Part shown: positions 26,668 to 40,671 of the stretch, in pieces
How positions within the stretch are numbered: position 1 is the stretch's first letter
Layout: every line of letters starts with the position of its first letter
Assembly: GCA_043228905.1 (NCBI GenBank)
Contig: JBHGNT010000001.1
Coordinates: 434,001-498,000, forward strand
From: Azolla caroliniana
Lineage: Eukaryota > Plantae > Polypodiophyta
Length of the DNA stretch: 64,000 nucleotides
Reading direction: 5' to 3'
The notes under the pieces: model-generated
What the model was told of the DNA's origin: nothing
The model's input: only the letters and a program-made list of their open reading frames with translations
The model's database searches: none
Position numbers and translations under genes: made by a program

Positions 26668-26917
26668 GTAAAAGCACACAATTATATTAATTGTATGTAA
26701 AATCCACTTTAGTTACAACACTTCTTAGTCTCCTCTATCTATTATATATGGCTATGTAGGGAGAGGGACGTTCTATAATGCTATTAAAAACTCTCTCTCT
26801 CTCTCTCTCTCTTGGAGAAGTTAAAAACAATCGTCTTTCAACTTCCACCTTGCCTCAAATTTCTGATTTCTCGAGAATGGTCATTCATGTGTTTGATCAA
26901 TTGAAGTATTGATATGT

Positions 26918-26986
26918 AAATGTTGTGTAATGGTTAAGTTTAGGCTCTACAATCTTAAAGGCGCGAGTTCAACCTTCAACAATGGG
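26918..26986 (+). other. Degenerate tRNA-like / SINE-head-like sequence
   Basis: A-box-like tgtaatggtt and B-box-like gagttcaacc at tRNA-like spacing. No good cloverleaf. Confidence 0.3.
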
Positions 26987-27571
26987 TTTATTTTTAGGTT
27001 CACTACAAGAATCCTTGATAGTTTTTTTAGTTTGACATTATGGATATTGACAAAATTGCTCCTAAAAATAATGAATTAACAAATGGGTTGCCACAATCAA
27101 AGGGTTTGAAACAATGCCATTGCCTTTGGGCAATATTGAGCTTTATAAAAATGTCAATGTTGACGTTTTTAAAATAAATATCGACTATACATGCATGTTC
27201 GCATATGCATATGACAGGTACCCATATAGTCCACATGCATGTCCATGTCCATGTCCATGTCCATGACCACAACCATACATGCCCATCCGTGCTCGACCAT
27301 ACCCACACATTCCCAGAACCATAGCCACAAGGACAAACAAATTTCCCCACCCAATGTCCTCACATAATCTTGGACATAACATACTAACATGCGCACGACG
27401 TACATACATATACATATACACACACATACATATAGATATGTACATACACATACACATACATGTACATGTACATGTACATAATATATATATGTGTGTGTGT
27501 ACATACAAACATTGACATGAGACAGACGACAAGAGGGGTGGGGGGGGGGGGGGGGAGTGCGCAGCGGCGAA

Positions 27572-27636
<65 letters not shown>

Positions 27637-27905
27637 GTTGTTGTTGTTGTTGTTGTGTAGAAGGAGGAGGAGTGTATGTTGTGTGTGCAGCGGCGAATGG
27701 AGAAGATGAGGATGGAACAGAGATGAAAGGGCCAGTGGCACACACTCACTCATCTCATCATGCTTATAAGAGAACATGGACAGAGAAGCCAGAACACAAA
27801 CAGATACACGAAGGGGAACAGAGCAAAACAGACCCTTACCTGAAACCCGTCAGTTGGTCTGTTTTTGTTTGTCAAAGAAGAAGAAAGAGCGGAGGAAGGA
27901 AGAAA

Positions 27906-27936
<31 letters not shown>

Positions 27937-27948
27937 AAGAAGAAGAAA

Positions 27949-29973
27949 ATGGCTACTAGTGGTATTGGAGACCCTAATTGTGTGGGCGAGCCTGGTATCT
28001 CTATGCACGGGGTTACCGGTCATGAAGCAACTTTTGCACTCACTGCCCTTGCTGATTCAAAACTAGAAGGGATCTCTGAATCTCGAGATCAAGGCCATGA
28101 CCATCACCCTATGCATAAGTTTGAGCTGAGTGTTGATTCAGAATCTAAAGCTACCCGGATCAAGATATGGTCGGTGGCTGCGCCTCACATGAGAGCTTTC
28201 CATTTGTCATGGGTTTCATTCTTCACTTGCTTTGTTTCGAGCTTTGCAGCTGCACCTCTGTTGCCTGTTATCAGGGACAACCTGGACCTCACCAGGCGCG
28301 ATATTGGAAATGCAGGTAAGGCTTGCTTTCAATCATCGCTTTAGGTATGTATCGTCGATGTCTGGGTCCATCTCTTTAATCCCTGTTTGATGGCATTAGG
28401 TATTGCATCGGTGTCTGGGTCAATCTTATCAAGGCTACTCATGGGTGCCCTGTGTGACTTGGTGGGCCCACGCTATGGGTGTGCATTCATGATGATGCTC
28501 ACCGCACCTGCAGTATTTTGCATATCAACAGTGTCTACGCCCACCGGTTTCATCCTATCCCGCTTCTTCATCGGATTCTCTCTAGCCACATTTGTGTCAT
28601 GCCAATTTTGGATGAGTACCATGTTCACACCAAAGATTGTTGGTTCTGTCAACGGTATAGCGGCGGGTTGGGGGAACCTAGGTGGTGGTGCAACGCAACT
28701 CATAATGCCACTTCTCTATGAGCTCATCCGGAGTGTGATTGGGTCCCCGGATTTCTCAGCTTGGCGCCTTACATTTTTCGTTCCTGGTGTCATGCACATC
28801 ATCATGGGCCTTGCTGTCTTGAGCTTGGGTCAGGACACTCCTCGGGGGAACTACAAGGAGCTCAAGGAGAAAGGAACCCAAGTCAAAGATAGCTTCTTCA
28901 AAGTAAGTAAATAGTATCTATTTCTGACTTCGTTTCTTTTGTTTTCGCCAATTTAATCCTTTTCTTACTAATGTATATATAGGTCTTGACATATGCGGTG
29001 ACGAATTACCGGAGCTGGATTTTTGCCCTCTCGTATGGGTATTGCTTTGGTGTGGAATTGACCATGGACAACATTATTGCCCAGTACTTCTATGATAGGT
29101 TTGATCTCAACCTACATACGGCCGGTATCATTGCGTCCATTTTTGGCATGGCGAATCTTGTTACCCGGCCAGCTGGAGGAGTGATCTCAGACCGTGCTGG
29201 ACGTTCTTTTGGCATGCGTGGGCGGTTATGGACTCTTTGGATCATTCAGTCATTGGGGGGTGTGTTTTGCATTCTTTTAGGACGAATGGGGAACTTGTCT
29301 GGGGCCATTGTTACTATGATTATCTTTTCGTGCTTTGCTGAAGCGGCTGCTGGTGCAACCTTTGGCATCATCCCTTTCATATCTTGCAGGTAATAAACAC
29401 AGTACTATCTGATTTGTGTGCCTCGTTGTATGTGTATGGGTTCAGACACATTATAAAAGGGTTTACAATTATATTGCTTTGGTTAAGAAAAATAGGTTTA
29501 AACTAATCAACGTCGACTTAATGTTAATCTTATGAGAGAGCTTCACTATGGTTTTTGTGATTGATGTGACCTATCATTTGTTAAATAGATCCTTGGGAGT
29601 CATCTCGGGATTGACTGGTGCGGGTGGGACATTTGGCTCCATGCTCACACAACTTATCTTCTTTACGACTAACAAGTACTCCACGGAAGAGGGCATTGCA
29701 ATGATGGGCATCATGATCATTGCCTTCACATTGCCCGTTGTCGGTGTGTATTTCCCCCAATGGGGTGGCATGTTGTTTCCGGCATCTGCCCATCCCGAGG
29801 CCACTGAGGAGATCTACTACACGAAGGAATGGTCTATAAAGGAGCAAGGCAAAGGCATGCATCATGCTAGTTTGAAGTTCGCCCAAAACAGTAAATGTGA
29901 GCGAGGGAAACGTGTTGCATCAGCCTCACCCATCTCATTGGCAAATGGAACACCTCTTCATGAGATGGCTTAA
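27949..29973 (+). CDS. NRT2: High-affinity nitrate transporter NRT2; exons 27949-28315, 28400-28902, 28983-29389, 29589-29973
   Basis: [13 protein letters not shown]-terminus, [10 protein letters not shown], nitrate signature [26 protein letters not shown]. Junctions are in frame. Confidence 0.97.
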
Positions 29974-30655
29974 TCTCTAAGATTGTAAACTTTTGCTCCT
30001 AAGTTGGTTTCTAAGGAATGAAAGTCTAGAGCCGTATGTTCCCTTCCGGTAAATCCCCTATTTGTAAATGCTTAAATCCTACTGGTAAATCCTCTATTTT
30101 TATTGTAAATGCATAAAAAAACTACTTCGACACACTTCCCATATTTTTGAGAAGAACAAAATATCGAAGCATTAGAATAAAAAAGTTTTTTGTTGTTCAA
30201 AAGCAATTCTGTCACATCTTCATCATCAGAGCATGTCAAAACTTTCTCTGAGTGCTTCCACATTTTGCATTATTACTGTGAAGTTTATGTTTTTCCTTGT
30301 CATCTAGCACATGTTGCATTATCTTCACTTTCAAACGATGTCTCAAATTTGAAGTACAATGATGAGAGGTACATCCTTTGATGTCTCTCATTGTTGTAGT
30401 ATCATTATTATGAAGCTTATGATTTGATGCTCCTGGAAACTCATGGAAAATAATGTGCCTAAGAGAGTTGAGTTGTGATCAGGGGGGTATCTCTTCTTTC
30501 AAATTCATTCATCTCAACCTAAGGTATAACACATGGTAATATTCAGTGGTATATGAGGTTGATAATATTTTATGTTTGTCCTGTCACTCGGGGGCTGATC
30601 AGTGTAGTTAAGCACTGTTAAACCATTCTTTTCCTTGTTACCTCATGAAAGCATC

Positions 30656-30768
30656 CGTAAACCACTCTTTTCCTCATCATAATGTTTGATTCGTAAACCA
30701 CTCTTTTCCTCATCATAATGTTTGATTCGTAAACCACTCTTTTCCTCATCTTAATGTTTGATCCGTAA
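30656..30768. repeat. Tandem repeat, 3 x 36 bp
   Basis: cgtaaaccactcttttcctcatcataatgtttgatt three times. Confidence 0.9.
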
Positions 30769-31659
30769 TAATCGTGAACTGTTGTGGATTATTTTCTACA
30801 AAATGGCATGTATATATGTGCGTACGTGCATAATTCTACATATGAATAGAATTAACATTTTATAAGCATTCCACACGAAAATGCAACCCAACCATTGGAG
30901 TATTTTTAGGAATCCTATATAAAGTTTCATCAGAGTATTTTGTAAAATTGCATGAAAAAAGGATGGGTACTTTGGCCGTTGAAATACCTATTTGAGATTG
31001 TTGTTAGAGAAGATTCATGTCATAGGGGAAAGACGTTTGTGATCATGCCAAGGGGAAAGAGGGCACTGAAACATTAGAAATTCTCATTTGAGATTGTTGC
31101 TAGAGAAAGAAAAGAAGCCTTGTAACCCTGCTCTTGTATGGAATGGACAAAATAATACCTTGAGCATCTCAGTAAGATAGAGAATGAAAGAAACCAGTTC
31201 CAGAGAATTGCATATTGATTTATATAGAATATTAGGTGCTTTATTTGTGTACATAATTGAATCAACATTGAAATGGCAATAACCAGACCAATGTTACTTG
31301 TAGAATATAAGCGTTACCTATAAAATTACATTTAACAACTGTGTTCGTTTGTTGTTTGGTTAAAGATTAGAAATGTGATTACCTTTCACACTTCAGAGGA
31401 CATCATGGCCAAGGTTGTGTGGTGATGATGACATTTCTGTAATCTCTCAACATATTTTTTGGTCTTTTGCTTATATTCATCTCTAAACAACAAAATCATG
31501 ATGATGTTTCAAGCTCGTCCCTCGTCTTCTCAGGCTACAGATCCCAAATTTTAGGGATTTCTTACCCAAATTGGTGCAATTATTGACAGCTTGACCTTTA
31601 AAGAATTTTATCAACCTTTTGCTCCAAACATATTTTAAGAAATGCCTGCATAACTCAAA

Positions 31660-34600
31660 TTATTTCCCATTGAGTAACCTTCTATTGGAAGGCCGTTGAT
31701 CACAAAGGCAACCTGGCATGGGATTTGCATAGAAATTATCTTCCAGCTTCGGCAATTGTCTTCTTTGCCTATAGCTAGGATCCCCTATCCTATGTTCATG
31801 TGCTGCCTTGACCTTTCTCTCAAACTCTTTCCACGTTATTAATCCCAAATCAAATGCGTCGACCAATGAAACCAATCTTTCCCTACAAATGATAGATACA
31901 CCATGTTGGTTAGACTAAGTTTTAGGTCTGCAAATTTGATTTCTACAACATATGTCTACTCGTTGATGTTTCTTACAAGGCCCAGAAACAAGAACAAATT
32001 TCGACTACAGATACTTTTCCTTTCTTATAAGCCCCAAAAAGGAGTCCAAAATATTTTCTTGAAATGCATTGTAATGAATTACTTGATGCTAGTGAATCAA
32101 TGACTTAGAATCCAAAGATTATGATAGATTATTTGCAGCATACTATCAGGATTGATAGTTTTTCGATACCCTTCAAACATCCGATGACCTTGCACTGCCT
32201 TGGCCATGTTTCCATCATAAGTGTAGATAAACACATCGCTTTCGAGCGCAACCATGTGGTCCAATGCTGCAAGTCGGTTCCCGTAGTTTGAAAACGGGAG
32301 TAACTCCTGCATAGTTGCTAATGTCGAGTGTGTGAACACATTTGGAAACTCTTTCTTTAAGATGTCCATGCTTCCATTTCCATATATCTCTCCTGCCACA
32401 ATATATATCATAGTCGAGGCTGGGTATCCAAGACCTTTCAAAAGAAGCACAGTTTCATGAGGAGTTAATGGGCACCCCCCTTGTTTTCGCCTAGCAGCAC
32501 CATCAATCTCCTTTTCTTTCCAATGCTTGACATCATATCGCATTTGTTTGAGGTCTTCAGCTTCATTCAATGTGAGACCATGGGTGCATCCTGTGAAGGC
32601 CAACATGTCTTTTTCGTACCTGTGGTAACATTACAAATTTAAGCTTGCCAATTGATTTAGGCTAATGAATAATATAGATAGATAGATAGATGAATTTGCC
32701 AATGACAACAAGGTATTAATTTTTACAGAGAGCAAATTAGAGTGCATATCTCCAAGGTATTTCCCCAATAAGCTAGAGAATGGAATAATACCTTAGGTGT
32801 AATGCTATGTAATGAGAATCATGTTGCCGCATCCGTTCCACCAAAGTTCTTCCAAGATTTTCAATGGGATCGGTGTACTTGAGAGCTTTGAAACATGCAC
32901 GGCAACGAAGCCTTTGCACATTGTTTGAGAGTCCATTGTTTGCTAACCTCGCGTCGGAATGTGTGAAATGAAGAACTTTGTGCTTCTTAAGCAAAGCTTG
33001 GATTTCATGCTTGTAATATGATTCCTACAAGATTTACCAATATGCACACAGTAAGTTATAAACAAAACTTCCATGTTTGTTGTAAGTCTGAAAGTTTGTC
33101 TTGAGGGTGAAACTTTAGGGCATAATCATTCAAGATGTCCTATCATAATCATTCAAGTGAATATAATAATATAGGCACCTTTGACCAAGAAACAGGTGCC
33201 TTCTTGAATGGCTTGAGCTTCGCTACAGATGGTGGCAATTCCTGGATGATGTGCACGTCGTCTTTGAGGATATTGATGAAATGCTCAACATCGTAAATAT
33301 CGCCAAATTCACTGCAGAAATCACCATATACCATATACCATTGTGTCAGTTACTAGGCTCTAATCTAAGTATAGGAGTGTTTACTCAATAATGACCTCAA
33401 AGTTTCCAGCATAAAAAATCTACCTGGAGTCCGCCCAAAATGAGGTGTGATCCAACAATGGGATGACAAGTGCCGCATTCAAGATTCTTGCTATGCCGAC
33501 CATGTCGCAAATCTACACCAATAATAATACAATATGAGACAAATCCTCATTATATAAATAAGAGAAAAGAAAGAAATGTGAGCATCTCATGAGAAAGGAC
33601 CAAAATGGCCCATGAAGGGCCAACAACTATTTAACATCTCGTCTAGGGAGGAACATGGTGAATATGGGCACCAATGTCATGGAGAACCTAATATGGGACT
33701 AAAGCTACATAATAATAATCCTACAGGTGGGTAGCTACATAATAATAATCTTACATGTATGTATGGTACGTATGCAGCCACAGTTTGGACAGCTATAATG
33801 GTCTGGACTCTGAACATACACCCACCTAGGATTAAATTTGGGCATTTAAGATAGAGACGAAAGATGGCGTTCAAGTTTAGATAGTTACTTACCCCATCTC
33901 TCATTTGATTTAGACCACCATTTGCATTTACTAGGATGTAGCCATTTCGATTCGCATTCGCAGCTGGCAACATAAATAAACGATCAATTGTGTGTTGCCA
34001 ACATAAATTATATCAGTCACCCACAATATGCATGTATCTATTATGTGAATCAGTTTCTGCTTACGTCTATAATTATCTTGTGGGCGATCGATGCACTGTC
34101 GGATGTTCTTGTTGTCGGGGTTTTGCCAAAGGTCTCTTACTATAGCACTTTCTCGCTTGGACTTCACAGCCTAAACCACATGAATCCTCCAGCAATGAGT
34201 ATTAATTAGTACATGTACATTCTAACTCCAATATATTGAATGTATGAAGCCGATGCATTATCATCAGTCATGTACAATACGGTGCACATTTCCATCCCAA
34301 AGTGGCATTATTTTAGTAGCTTCTTACCTCCAAAGTGTGCTCTTGGAGCAATCTCATTGTTGGGGAAGATGTTGACAATCCGAATGTAGAATTGATAGTG
34401 TTCATTATTGCGGCATTCCCGGCCTGAATGAAAGCAATCATCAGAGTGATGAGATTGACCATCAGAGGCATAGAAATCTATGTGTATAGAAAATGACAGG
34501 CAAAAAAAAATTGTCTTGACAAACTGAAAACCAACATTTCTACAAATCGCATGGATGAGCCTTGTGGAGGAAATCCATCCATATGAGCCCAAAGTTTTCA

Positions 34601-35263
34601 AGACTTCTTTGAAAAAATTTCCATTCATTCACTCACATGAAAATGGGTCCATTCTGATGTCAAGGAGGCCGAGGCTGACTCGGATGCGGAGTAGATAAGG
34701 TGCGTGATCCGGAGAGCTACGAAGACCAGTGTGATTATGCAAAGAGATGGGTATAATAACATGATCAGCCTACTAGGCCTTCCAACATTAGGCTTCGAAA
34801 CTTTCTTGATTCCACAAGATTGAGCATGGTTGGGCATGTTGAACAAGGATGGCCTGACAAGGCGGGGTGAGGGCGATGGCAAGGGTGAGTAGGTGTAGGC
34901 AGAAACATGATCTCGAGGTCCAGGATCGGAGGAGATGGTGAGGGAATCGATGGGATATTCCGGGAATCTCTTCTTGTTGTGGGACAAGGACCTCCTAGTG
35001 ATGCTATTGGAAGTGTAATTAGGAGTGCTGAGGACATGGTGAGATTCGAGGGTGTGATCTCGGCGTGGAGTATGAAGGGTCTCGTCGATTTCATCATTTT
35101 CAAGCATGGTCTTTGGGAAATCGGACATTATATGGGGAGGATTAGAGTTGGGATTGGGGTTAGGATTAGGGTTAGGGTTAGGGTTAGGGCTAGGGTTAGG
35201 GCTAGGGCGAGAGCTGGGAGAGATGCTGAAGATGAGGGATTGAACTAGATTTGAAGAAGACAT
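31660..35263 (-). CDS. O-fucosyltransferase family protein (GT106/DUF246, rhamnosyltransferase-like); exons ~35263-34637, 34477-34328, 34170-34065, 33963-33893, 33512-33424, 33311-33179, 33024-32792, 32619-32144, 31882-31660
   Basis: Type II membrane anchor, [90 protein letters not shown]. Confidence 0.95.
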
Positions 35264-35653
35264 CGGTGTCTGCTGTAGTAAGAATTAAGTGAGAGAGAAA
35301 AACATACCAGTGTGTCTGTATATATGTATGTATATATATATATATATTATATATATTATATATATATGTATGTACATATATATGGGCCAAATTTGTTTGA
35401 ACTGATTAATAATTTTAATTGAATGGTGAATACTTATTTGTTGGTTGAAAGGGAAGGGGAGATTAGTTATGTGGAGAGGGCGTGGGCTTTTAATTGTTTG
35501 AATAATAAAAGATTTTACGGGAAATTATATAAAAAACAAAAACAGAACAAGTTGGTTTTCTTTATTTAATTACATAATAATTAAATGATTTTTCAGATGT
35601 TCAAACCAAAAAGCTGAGAAAAATTGTGGAGGTCAAAAACAGTCCACCGAGCA

Positions 35654-35686
<33 letters not shown>

Positions 35687-35814
35687 TCTTTCTCTCTCTC
35701 TCTTTAGACATTTTCAACGCGTCTCTCTCTCTCTGTCTCTTTGGGCACGCTGAACTTTGAAGCACACATTAAATATATATACATACATATCTTATAAGAC
35801 TTATATGTATATTA

Positions 35815-35845
<31 letters not shown>

Positions 35846-36821
35846 AGTATGTATGTAGTGTTATATGTATATTGTGTGTGTGTGTTATATGTAGGTGTTT
35901 TTCACACTTTGCAATTAGTGGACAAAATACATGTGTATTGTTCTCTTTCTTTGAGTCGACGGCTCAAGCAAGTGTGCGTGATGGATTCGCTCGTCCACGT
36001 GTGGGTTGCACACACACCCCCCCCATACAATGCAATCTTCTATATGCATGCAAACATTCCCTCCTCTGATGCCCAACTATTCTCCCCATCTCCTTGTTAT
36101 CCAATAAGTAAACAAGTGCATGTATTGTAGGGTCCTATTTTGCACGTTAAAGTGAGTACAGTAACAAAACTCACGTAGCAACAAACACTCTTGCCTCACC
36201 TATCTTCATGCCAAAACCACTGGGCTCCACAATTCAATCATCGCAATATGGACAATCTTTGTCCAAGCAAAAGAACAAAAGGACATGGGAGGTGGGAATA
36301 ACTACATTGTTTGTCTCATGCCTTCTTTCTACATAAATAGAGTTTTGATGGCTCATATTGTTCAAATAAGATATGTTTATTTTTTAATTAGAAAAATATA
36401 GTTACACCATGTTACTAGAGTTGCCGCCTTGGTGTGAATAAGTCAAAAGGTATATTTGACATGGTAGACGTGCTATATATTAACTTTAGAATGATGGAGC
36501 ACGCAAAACTTTTTTACTCTTATCTCACATAACCAATCGAAATTCTTTCCAATTCCGTCAATTATTGATCTTTCTTTATAATTGAAGAAAGGCTTGGTTT
36601 AATCCAAGGCACTTTTTTGTCCTCAGTCTTTGCACTCCTTATCTTAAAAAGGATTGCCAACTTTAGGGTGGTGATCTAGATTCAAGAAGCATTCCACATT
36701 GGGTTTTGACTAACCTTTCTTATTGGTATTGCTTGAATAAGTGTTCTTATATGTATGAACAATTAGGCAAAATTCTATTTACATTAGGTGCAACACACTT
36801 CAGTAAACCAGAATACATAGG

Positions 36822-37023
36822 TATCAAAACAATTGTCAATCTTATTGCTTTTTCTCATAAGGAGTGTTGGTAAATTAGCTAAAGCTATCTACAAAATCAA
36901 GTCATGACTCCCATCCCAAAATAGATATATATCAAAGCAATTGTCAATCTTATTGCTTTTTCTGATAAGGAGTGTTGGAATTTAGCTAAAGCTATCTACA
37001 AAATCGAGTCATAGCTCCCGTCC
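36822..37023. repeat. Tandem duplication, 2 x ~108 bp
   Basis: atcaaa(a/g)caattgtcaatcttattgctttttct...agctaaagctatctacaaaatc twice. Confidence 0.9.
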
Positions 37024-38047
37024 TTATAGATGATACCTTTGATGCACCCTTGGAAGCACACTAACGATATGGGTTCAAGCTCATTGACACTAGCTCAATA
37101 AAAAAAAGCAAATGCCATTATGACAAACACATTAGCAAAGATGACAACCTCGATTATCACCATTTCTGAGGAAATATTGTGATCAAGGGATGATCATACT
37201 ACATTTATTCAAGTATTAGATTCGGAGCTTTATTTTCAAAAACAAGTTTACATGTACATCGTTCATGATGGAAAGGCCAAATTATGTCAACCTAGTGTGT
37301 TGGTCTACTTTAGGTTCAAAATAAGATATGGACACCAAAAAGGGCATTATCAAAAGACTAGGGGGGGGGGGGGGGGGAGGGGGCCACGCATAAAAATTGG
37401 TGCCAATTTCAAACCCAGCCTCTTCATCATAAGCCACGTACTCAAGAGAAAAGCTACAAGACATATGCCTTCGTTTAAAGACAAAGATAACAACTTCAAA
37501 TGCATATAAGGAAATAAGCTACGTAAATATGCACAAAGATGCCAATACCATCATGAGTTAAGATACAAGTCTAACTCAAAGTAGATTTCATCGTGTAAAC
37601 TAAAAAAATGGTATTTGAGGGACCTAGATGCATCATAAGCCTTCATGATCCAAATTAAAACTGAAACGACATTTATTGTAATTTGGATGAGAGTCTGGAC
37701 ATTATTATAAAGAATATGAGATATTAGCTATCACACTAGACACAAAATATGAAAATTTTAGCTTGATTGAAACCAAAAAGCACAAAAAAGACTTATACCT
37801 TTTTTTTTAAAGTCCCCTAAAGACCATATTATGAGAATCTTAGGGTTTACAAGGCAAAAGAAGAGAGATAATAATTAATAAGGTTTTCCTTGAGTCTCCT
37901 AGTGTATGTAACAAGCCATGAAGAAGAAGAAAATGATGCATTGACAGGATCTCTAAATCCATGCCTGTTCGATTTTCAATCGATTACACCCATAAAACTA
38001 TGTTGAGATGGAGTGAAGAGTTAACATACTACTACTGTACATCTAGT

Positions 38048-39433
38048 TCATTGTTCCTTCCATATTCGTCCTGTGACTCTAAGCTTCAGCTCTTTTCGAT
38101 CACCACCCGAGAAGAATAAGGCCATGTTTCTTTGAATTATTAGCCCATCATGACTATCCCTTACTTTCCTATGACTATCTCGGATGCTTCGAGGCACACC
38201 TTGCCAGCTCAGTTTCCTTCCATTTCCTCCCACCTCAAGACTGTAGGTATAATTGTTTGCTTCATGGTCATCCCCCATGAAGCGTAAAAATGCCATGTAC
38301 ACGGGTGCCATACCCAATTGAAATGCCTCAAAATGAAGGCAAAAATGTTGCCCAAAGCAATTGAAAACCTGCAAAAGAAAACACGCTGAGTGAACACAAA
38401 CAAAATGCAATTATATATTATGAGCAACCAATATTCATAAATAGAACCCAAAAGCAATTCTATGATGAGATTCCTTTTGTCATCCACACATGCAATCTGA
38501 ACCTATGTACTTACCTTCATGCTATGGACATAGATTATTCAAAAGTTTTCTTTTTATATTTACCGTTAGCATCCATGTAGCATTCTCAACTTCTTGGGGG
38601 TTTGATTTCACATAGCGATGGTTAAATGTGCATCCGTTATGCATGTCAACCTTGTGGTCATCCCTCAGATGTGCAACCAAAGTTGGGATGTCCCCAGTTA
38701 CTGAACACTCTGAACCAGCATATGGACAGTTATATGGCCTAAAAGTACACTGTGCCTCATGTTTAAGTTTGCTATAGTAAGGGAAGATGTCTGGACAGCC
38801 GAGGTTTTGATATTTGCACGGGAGCTCAAGTGACTCTGCAACCTTCTCCAAAGCTAAACATCTGATGTTGCCAAGCTCAAATCTACAAGTTGGGCAGCGG
38901 TTGTGGACCCTTACCTTGCAGTTTGAACACAAAGTATGCCCATTTGGACACTGCAAAGGGTTCCATAAAGCAAGGTAAATTAAAAAGTATTGCATGGATT
39001 TCCATACATTTCGAAACATATCACAAGAAGTCTGTACGATAATGAACCTCGTATATGGTCATAGCATCATATATGTATGACAGTATATGTGTATTTTTAG
39101 CTATACACGAGTGTGCATGTAATGTATTATGCATATATGTATATGTGTGTATGCAATGTAATTATGTATGTATAAACATATATATGCAATGTAATTTATG
39201 AGTTTTTTACCCACCTGATGAATGGGCGGATACATAGAGTTAGTACAAACTGGGCACTCCAATAGCTCATGTACACTGCTGGTGGGTGCCACAGCTGCTT
39301 TTCCCGGTGCAGAAATGAAGACCTTGGAAACAGCGGCTGCATCCACTTCTAAGACATTTGATACACTTGATCCAATTTCACCTTCTTGTGCTGGAGATTC
39401 TGGAACCTCCAAACACGCATTTGATGGAGCCAT
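38048..39433 (-). CDS. SINAT: SINA/SINAT RING E3 ubiquitin ligase; exons 39433-39215, 38950-38564, 38368-38048
   Basis: ELLECPVCTNSMYPPIHQCPNGHTLC RING, SIAH zinc finger and TRAF domain ending LRVTGRIWKEQ. Confidence 0.97.
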
Positions 39434-40671
39434 AGGAGAGTGATACCTATGCACTTATATTTCGACTTGTCCTTTATTCAGTCAAGGTACCTGATATAGA
39501 AAAGATTATCCTGGATTACTACACTTAAAAAGATGACATCCATTATGCATTTACAGCAGACAACTACGACTCAAGTAAAATGACTTACTGTTATCTAAAT
39601 CTAGACGTAAAACTTTACTTTTTGCGTGCATCGTAGAGACAGGAAGCAAAGGAACTTTCAGGGCCCTCTCCGGTTCCCTACTCATGTAATAGGGAATGTA
39701 TTAGCAAATGTAGGTGGTTTCTTTTCATGAAGCTAAGAAGATTTTCTTGCATTGTGCCAATAAATCTACAAACATCTTCTAATAGCTGCTAGCCAAAATG
39801 AATTGGCCGTGTAATTACTGAAATCGTTAGAAATCAATTTTAGAGGCAACACATACCTACAAAGTATGCAATTAAATCTCACTTGAATCCCTCGATCCCC
39901 ATGATTGGAGATTCTAAAACTAGTGTTGCAAGGCTAATAAGTGGGGCTTCTCTCGAACAATACAGGGTCCTAAACACCCGTCTATCAATTTAAAAGGTTA
40001 ATTGATGTAAAATCCTCAAACAGGAGGTTATGACATGATATTCTGTGATTATTCTAACAACACCAATGTTGTTAAGAATAAAGACGTCCTAAAATAATGT
40101 TGACATGATATTCTGTGATTATTCTGACAAAGATGGTGTTAAGAATAAGGAAGTCCAAAAATAATGTTCCAGAACTATGTACGTCATACATTATACCAGA
40201 GGAAAACAAATTCGAAATACATCTGCACATATATAAGTACATACATACATATATATGAACTTGGATCTTCTTTAATGTAATCTCATTCGAGTATACCACA
40301 TTTGTAAATAAGCGCCTTTATTGATAACCATTCTGAAAGACAGATATATGTGAGAAAAATAACATTACAGAGATATGGCTCTACAAGGTTCAGACGCATT
40401 TGCTTATTCGAGAAAAGAACCACATGCACACACATACATACACACATAATGATATTAAATAGACGTATGACGAGATTACATACATACATAATAAGTTACC
40501 CACATATACATTACATTTATACACACAAACATATATACATTTTTCTAATACACACAAACACACACATATATGTATTTATTTTCACAGAGAAATGTGTGAA
40601 CCTTTCCAATTCAGCGATATATTTCAGAAAATATTTTTCAATAGATAAATAAATTTATAGGTCTTCTCCAA

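Noticed and set aside
27831-27860. Nitrate-responsive element in the NRT2 promoter
   Set aside because: Only the GACCCTT half-site is present; there is no AAG half-site at the 10-bp spacing.
27027-27908. Long overlapping ORFs upstream of NRT2
   Set aside because: They are low-complexity translations of microsatellites.
30656-30768. CRISPR-like 36-bp repeats
   Set aside because: The repeats are contiguous with no spacers, there are no cas genes, and the context is eukaryotic.
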